Positions 63,234 to 64,000 of a stretch of 64,000 nt of DNA are shown piece by piece; positions within the stretch are counted from its first letter, which is position 1; each line of letters opens with the position of its first letter. Below the pieces are notes generated by a model. That model had not been told where the DNA came from and searched no databases. It worked only from the letters and a program-made list of their open reading frames with translations. Source of the DNA: Paramoeba atlantica (taxonomy: Eukaryota > Protista > Discosea); NCBI GenBank assembly GCA_977017575.1, contig CDRNVI010000066.1, forward strand, positions 1 to 64,000. The letters run 5' to 3'. The translations under genes were made by a program, and so were the position numbers.

Positions 63234-64000
63234 TTATAAGAGGTCTGACACGTTTTCAACTGCACCTTCCGGATCCTCCCTGTATAGAAAGAGAAAGCCC
63301 TGCAGATGTGCCATGCTGATCGTTGACACGCAGGAATCTTTCTTGTCCGCGTCCGATATTGAAGTATTCACTTCAGGGATTCGCTCAATAAACTTCTCAG
63401 CAAGCAGTTCCTCGTTAGGAAAGAATCGCAAGAAGAGAGACCGAATTTGGTTTTGAGTGGCATAACCAATGTACGCACGAACATCGACCCTTCCAGGACG
63501 TATGAGTGCCGGGCTAAGCTTTTCCACATGGTTGGTGGTGAGGAAAAGAATCCTCCCCTCTTGTGCGGCAACCCCGTCCAACGCATTCAACAGCCCCGAC
63601 ATCGTCACCCGGCTCTCCTTATGAAACGCCCGGTCAATATCCTCCAGCAGCAGCACACACTTTTTCGGCGACGCATTCAGTAACTGCGTCAATGACTCAT
63701 CATCCAGCGAATGATGCGACAAACACAACACACAAATCGCCATCGAAAGCTCCCCCGCGAGCGCCAACACCAACGAACTCTTCCCACACCCCGGGGGACC
63801 ATGGAGCAAATACCCCCTTCGGTACGGAATCCCCATCTCATGGTACCACTCCGCACTTTGTAGAAAATCTCTCGCATCCTTCAGCAGTGCCTCCTGTCGT
63901 TGATCATCTAAAATCACACTCGACAGGGGCCGTCTTCTCCTCGGCTCCGCGACCCGAATCCATCGGCTTCCCGCGCTATGATAAAGCACCGTCTTGTTGG
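63234..64000 (-). CDS. BCS1: Mitochondrial AAA chaperone BCS1 (5' part beyond the window)
   Basis: PRRRRPLSSVILD, WYHEMGIPYRRGYLLHGPPGCGKSS, LSGLLN-type MSGLLNALDGV, TTNHVEKL.PALIRPGRVD. Confidence 0.96.
   Translation of the reverse strand, partial: NKTVLYHSAGSRWIRVAEPRRRRPLSSVILDDQRQEALLKDARDFLQSAEWYHEMGIPYRRGYLLHGPPGCGKSSLVLALAGELSMAICVLCLSHHSLDDESLTQLLNASPKKCVLLLEDIDRAFHKESRVTMSGLLNALDGVAAQEGRILFLTTNHVEKLSPALIRPGRVDVRAYIGYATQNQIRSLFLRFFPNEELLAEKFIERIPEVNTSISDADKKDSCVSTISMAHLQGFLFLYREDPEGAVENVSDLL

Noticed and set aside
16066-63683. Numerous plus-strand and nested short ORFs in the six-frame track
   Set aside because: They are antisense or alternate-frame shadows of long minus-strand genes or GC-rich patches, with no recognisable motifs.

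Overview
This is eukaryotic nuclear DNA from a kinetoplastid. About 28 intronless protein genes all lie on the minus strand with short spacers, as in a polycistronic, trans-spliced cluster. They include kinetoplastid markers (a KREX1/2-type RNA-editing exonuclease and tuzin). The compact layout and the type of LRR gene suggest a Perkinsela-like prokinetoplastid; this is inference, not a database result. Housekeeping genes are RPL40/UBA52, RMI1, SEC16, a FYV7-like gene, a nucleoporin-like gene, PFDN1, SF3A3, PABP, PIF1, RBM22, PUS7, PBP1/ataxin-2, PRP38, PPase, COG4, PSF2, eIF3k, ISWI and BCS1 (cut by the window end). The unusual part is non-coding. Positions 1-2.5, 5.0-7.4, 8.6-16.0, 42.4-42.6 and 49.4-51.4 kb hold nested non-autonomous DNA transposons whose ends and target-site duplications can be read directly. 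Two are hAT-type elements with perfect 8-bp TSDs, several are Tc1/mariner-type MITE families with TA TSDs, and one is a GG-ended foldback with a near-perfect 8-bp TSD. There are also possible excision footprints, a CRE/SLACS-like retrotransposon 3' fragment, a tRNA-like relic and an orphan plus-strand ORF with a kleisin-like motif. To my knowledge class II transposons are barely described in kinetoplastids (Merlin only), so this mobilome is the main candidate for novelty. All alignments and counts were done by eye.
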